Part shown: piece by piece, positions 62,216 to 64,000 of the stretch
Layout: each line of letters starts with the position of its first letter
Numbering within the stretch: the first letter of the stretch is position 1
Source: an uncultured Desulfatitalea sp.
Lineage (GTDB): Bacteria; Desulfobacterota; Desulfobacteria; Desulfobacterales; Desulfosarcinaceae
NCBI GenBank assembly: GCA_963668675.2
Contig: CAXXMB010000002.1
Span: 2,496,001 to 2,560,000, forward strand
Reading direction: 5' to 3'
Length of the DNA: 64,000 bases
Program-made: the position numbers and the translations under genes
The notes under the pieces: generated by a model
Database searches by the model: none
What the model was told of the DNA's origin: nothing
Seen by the model: the letters and a program-made list of their open reading frames with translations, nothing else

Positions 62216-63607
62216 ATGATATCTCCGGGAGCCCTTTTGGTCGCCCTGCTGGTGATGATCACCCTGGCCTATTACGTGGGGTTGCGTCGCTCCATGGCTG
62301 TCGCCGGAGGGCCGTCGTCGGTGAGCACGCTGCATTCGCGCCCGCCCTATTACGGCATGCTGACGGCCATGTGGTGTGGTCTTCCGGCCTTGCTCATCTA
62401 TGCGGTCTGGCAGGCCTCGGAATCCAGCGTCATCGCCCACCTCGTTATGGCTGCCATGCCACAGGAGTTGAAGGAGCTGACACCTTCCCAGTTGAGCCTG
62501 GTGCTCAACGATATCAAAAACCTGCTCAGTGGAAACATTATTTCGGGACAGATCAGCCCGGAGATTCAAACGGCCGCCGATCATTACCAGCGTCTTCAGC
62601 AGATCAGCCACACCGCCTTGGCCGTCGTGGTCCTGGTCGCCGCAATCTTGGGGCTGGTAGGATTGCGCAGCCGCATCAGTCGGCGTCTGAGAGCCCGAAA
62701 TCATGTGGAGCGAGTGATATTGTGGGCCCTGGCCGCCTGTTCGACCATCGCCATATTCACCACCATCGGTATCGTGCTCTCGGTTCTCTATGAAGCCATC
62801 CGTTTCTTCAAAGCCGTGCCGGTTACCGAGTTTCTTTTCGGATTGAAGTGGAGCCCCCAGATGGCGATCCGAAGCGACCAAGTCGGCTCTTCGGGCGCTT
62901 TCGGCGCATTGCCCGTCTTTGCCGGCACACTGCTGATCTCTGGTATCGCCATGGCGGTTGCCGTGCCCATCGGGCTGATGGCGGCTATTTACATGTCCGA
63001 ATACGCCGGAAAGCGGTTCCGGGCAGTGGCCAAACCGCTGATGGAGATCCTGGCCGGCATCCCGACAGTGGTCTACGGTTTTTTTGCAGCCTTGGTGGTG
63101 GCGCCTATGATTCGCGGCTTCGGGCAATCCGTCGGTCTGGATGTCTCCTCGGAGAGCGCCCTTGCGGCCGGATTGGTGATGGGTATCATGATCATCCCCT
63201 TTGTCTCCTCCCTCTCCGACGACATGATCAACGCCGTGCCTCAATCGCTGCGGGACGGCGCCTACGGTTTGGGGGCCACCCAATCCGAAACGATCAAGCA
63301 GGTGGTCCTGCCGGCGGCCCTACCGGGTATCGTCGGCGGTGTTTTACTGGCCGTATCGCGGGCCATCGGAGAGACCATGATCGTGGTCATGGCAGCCGGC
63401 CTGACCGCCAATTTGACCATGAACCCGTTCAAAACCGTCACCACCGTGACCGTCCAGATCGTCACGCTGCTGGTGGGGGACCAGGAGTTCGACAGCCCCA
63501 AAACGCTGGCTGCTTTTGCTTTGGGGTTGCTGCTGTTTGTCATCACCCTGGGCCTCAACATCATCGCACTGCAAGTGGTGCGGAAGTACAGGGAGCAATA
63601 CGAGTAA
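62216..63607 (+). CDS. pstC: Phosphate ABC transporter permease
   Basis: LAGIPTVVYG, AYGLGAT, SRAIGETMIV. Confidence 0.95.
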   Translation: MISPGALLVALLVMITLAYYVGLRRSMAVAGGPSSVSTLHSRPPYYGMLTAMWCGLPALLIYAVWQASESSVIAHLVMAAMPQELKELTPSQLSLVLNDIKNLLSGNIISGQISPEIQTAADHYQRLQQISHTALAVVVLVAAILGLVGLRSRISRRLRARNHVERVILWALAACSTIAIFTTIGIVLSVLYEAIRFFKAVPVTEFLFGLKWSPQMAIRSDQVGSSGAFGALPVFAGTLLISGIAMAVAVPIGLMAAIYMSEYAGKRFRAVAKPLMEILAGIPTVVYGFFAALVVAPMIRGFGQSVGLDVSSESALAAGLVMGIMIIPFVSSLSDDMINAVPQSLRDGAYGLGATQSETIKQVVLPAALPGIVGGVLLAVSRAIGETMIVVMAAGLTANLTMNPFKTVTTVTVQIVTLLVGDQEFDSPKTLAAFALGLLLFVITLGLNIIALQVVRKYREQYE

Positions 63608-63633
63608 GACCGGTTTGACGTTTTAACATAGAC

Positions 63634-63759
63634 TATTAAACCGGCAAATAAACAGGCCAACCTTTGTCATCCCGGACTTGATCCGGGATCGAGTAAGCTC
63701 CTGGATTCCGGCTTTCGCCGGAATGACATTTACTGGGGTTTTTAGTTGCCGGGTTAATA
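63634..63759. mobile_element. MITE-like element with a GTCAT-type REP doublet between pstC and pstA
   Basis: IR TATTAAACCGGCAAATAAA / TTTAGTTGCCGGGTTAATA encloses TGTCATCCCGGACTTGATCCGGGAT...GGATTCCGGCTTTCGCCGGAATGACA. Confidence 0.65.
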
Positions 63760-63779
63760 ATAAACAGGTGAGAAGAGAA

Positions 63780-64000
63780 GTGGAAGAGAGACAACCCAAA
63801 TCCATCGATATCGTAAAGAGGGGATTGAAGCGGCGTTACCGCTCCGAACGGCGGTTCAGGCGTATGGGGTTGGGTGCGATCATTGTGAGCCTTATCTTCC
63901 TGTCAATTTTGTTTGCTACGATTCTGGGAAATGGGCACAGCGTCATTTTCCAAACCCGCGTCGAACTTGATATCTTTTTTGATCCCGAGCTGTTCAGCGA
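63780..64000 (+). CDS. pstA: Phosphate ABC transporter permease PstA, 3'-truncated by window edge
   Basis: Read manually from GTG 63780: MEERQPKSIDIVKRGLKRRYRSERRFRRMGLGAIIVSLIFL..., open to the window end; follows pstC. Confidence 0.8.
   Translation, partial: MEERQPKSIDIVKRGLKRRYRSERRFRRMGLGAIIVSLIFLSILFATILGNGHSVIFQTRVELDIFFDPELFS

Overview
This is a GC-rich, gene-dense bacterial chromosome segment. Its gene content suggests a sulfate-reducing deltaproteobacterium (Desulfobacterales-like; inference). Most of it is housekeeping: etfA (partial), rimO, polyprenyl synthase, tRNA-Val(GAC), argS, gatC/gatA and a separate gatB, mutL, a porin, queA/tgt, a methylmalonyl-CoA (propionate) cluster with sucCD, hypAB, nifSU, Moco genes, lnt, prfB (programmed +1 frameshift), thiD, nadK, an Mla-like ABC system and pstC/pstA. 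Accessory content is an MNT-HEPN toxin-antitoxin pair, a four-helix-bundle gene, and a 41.9-48.0 kb block (C10 protease, prepilin-like gene, HD-GYP protein, lipoproteins). The most interesting signals are non-coding. (1) The four-helix-bundle gene sits between inverted arms made of short tandem repeats plus a conserved core. Four solo copies of the arm and an ORF-less 9-mer version occur elsewhere, mostly right after stop codons. (2) Two ~180-bp palindromic elements conserve their pairing but not their arm sequence. (3) There are two G-U-rich candidate structured RNAs. (4) The Mla-like ABC ATPase has lost all its catalytic motifs. All calls come from motif recognition by eye; no database search was run.
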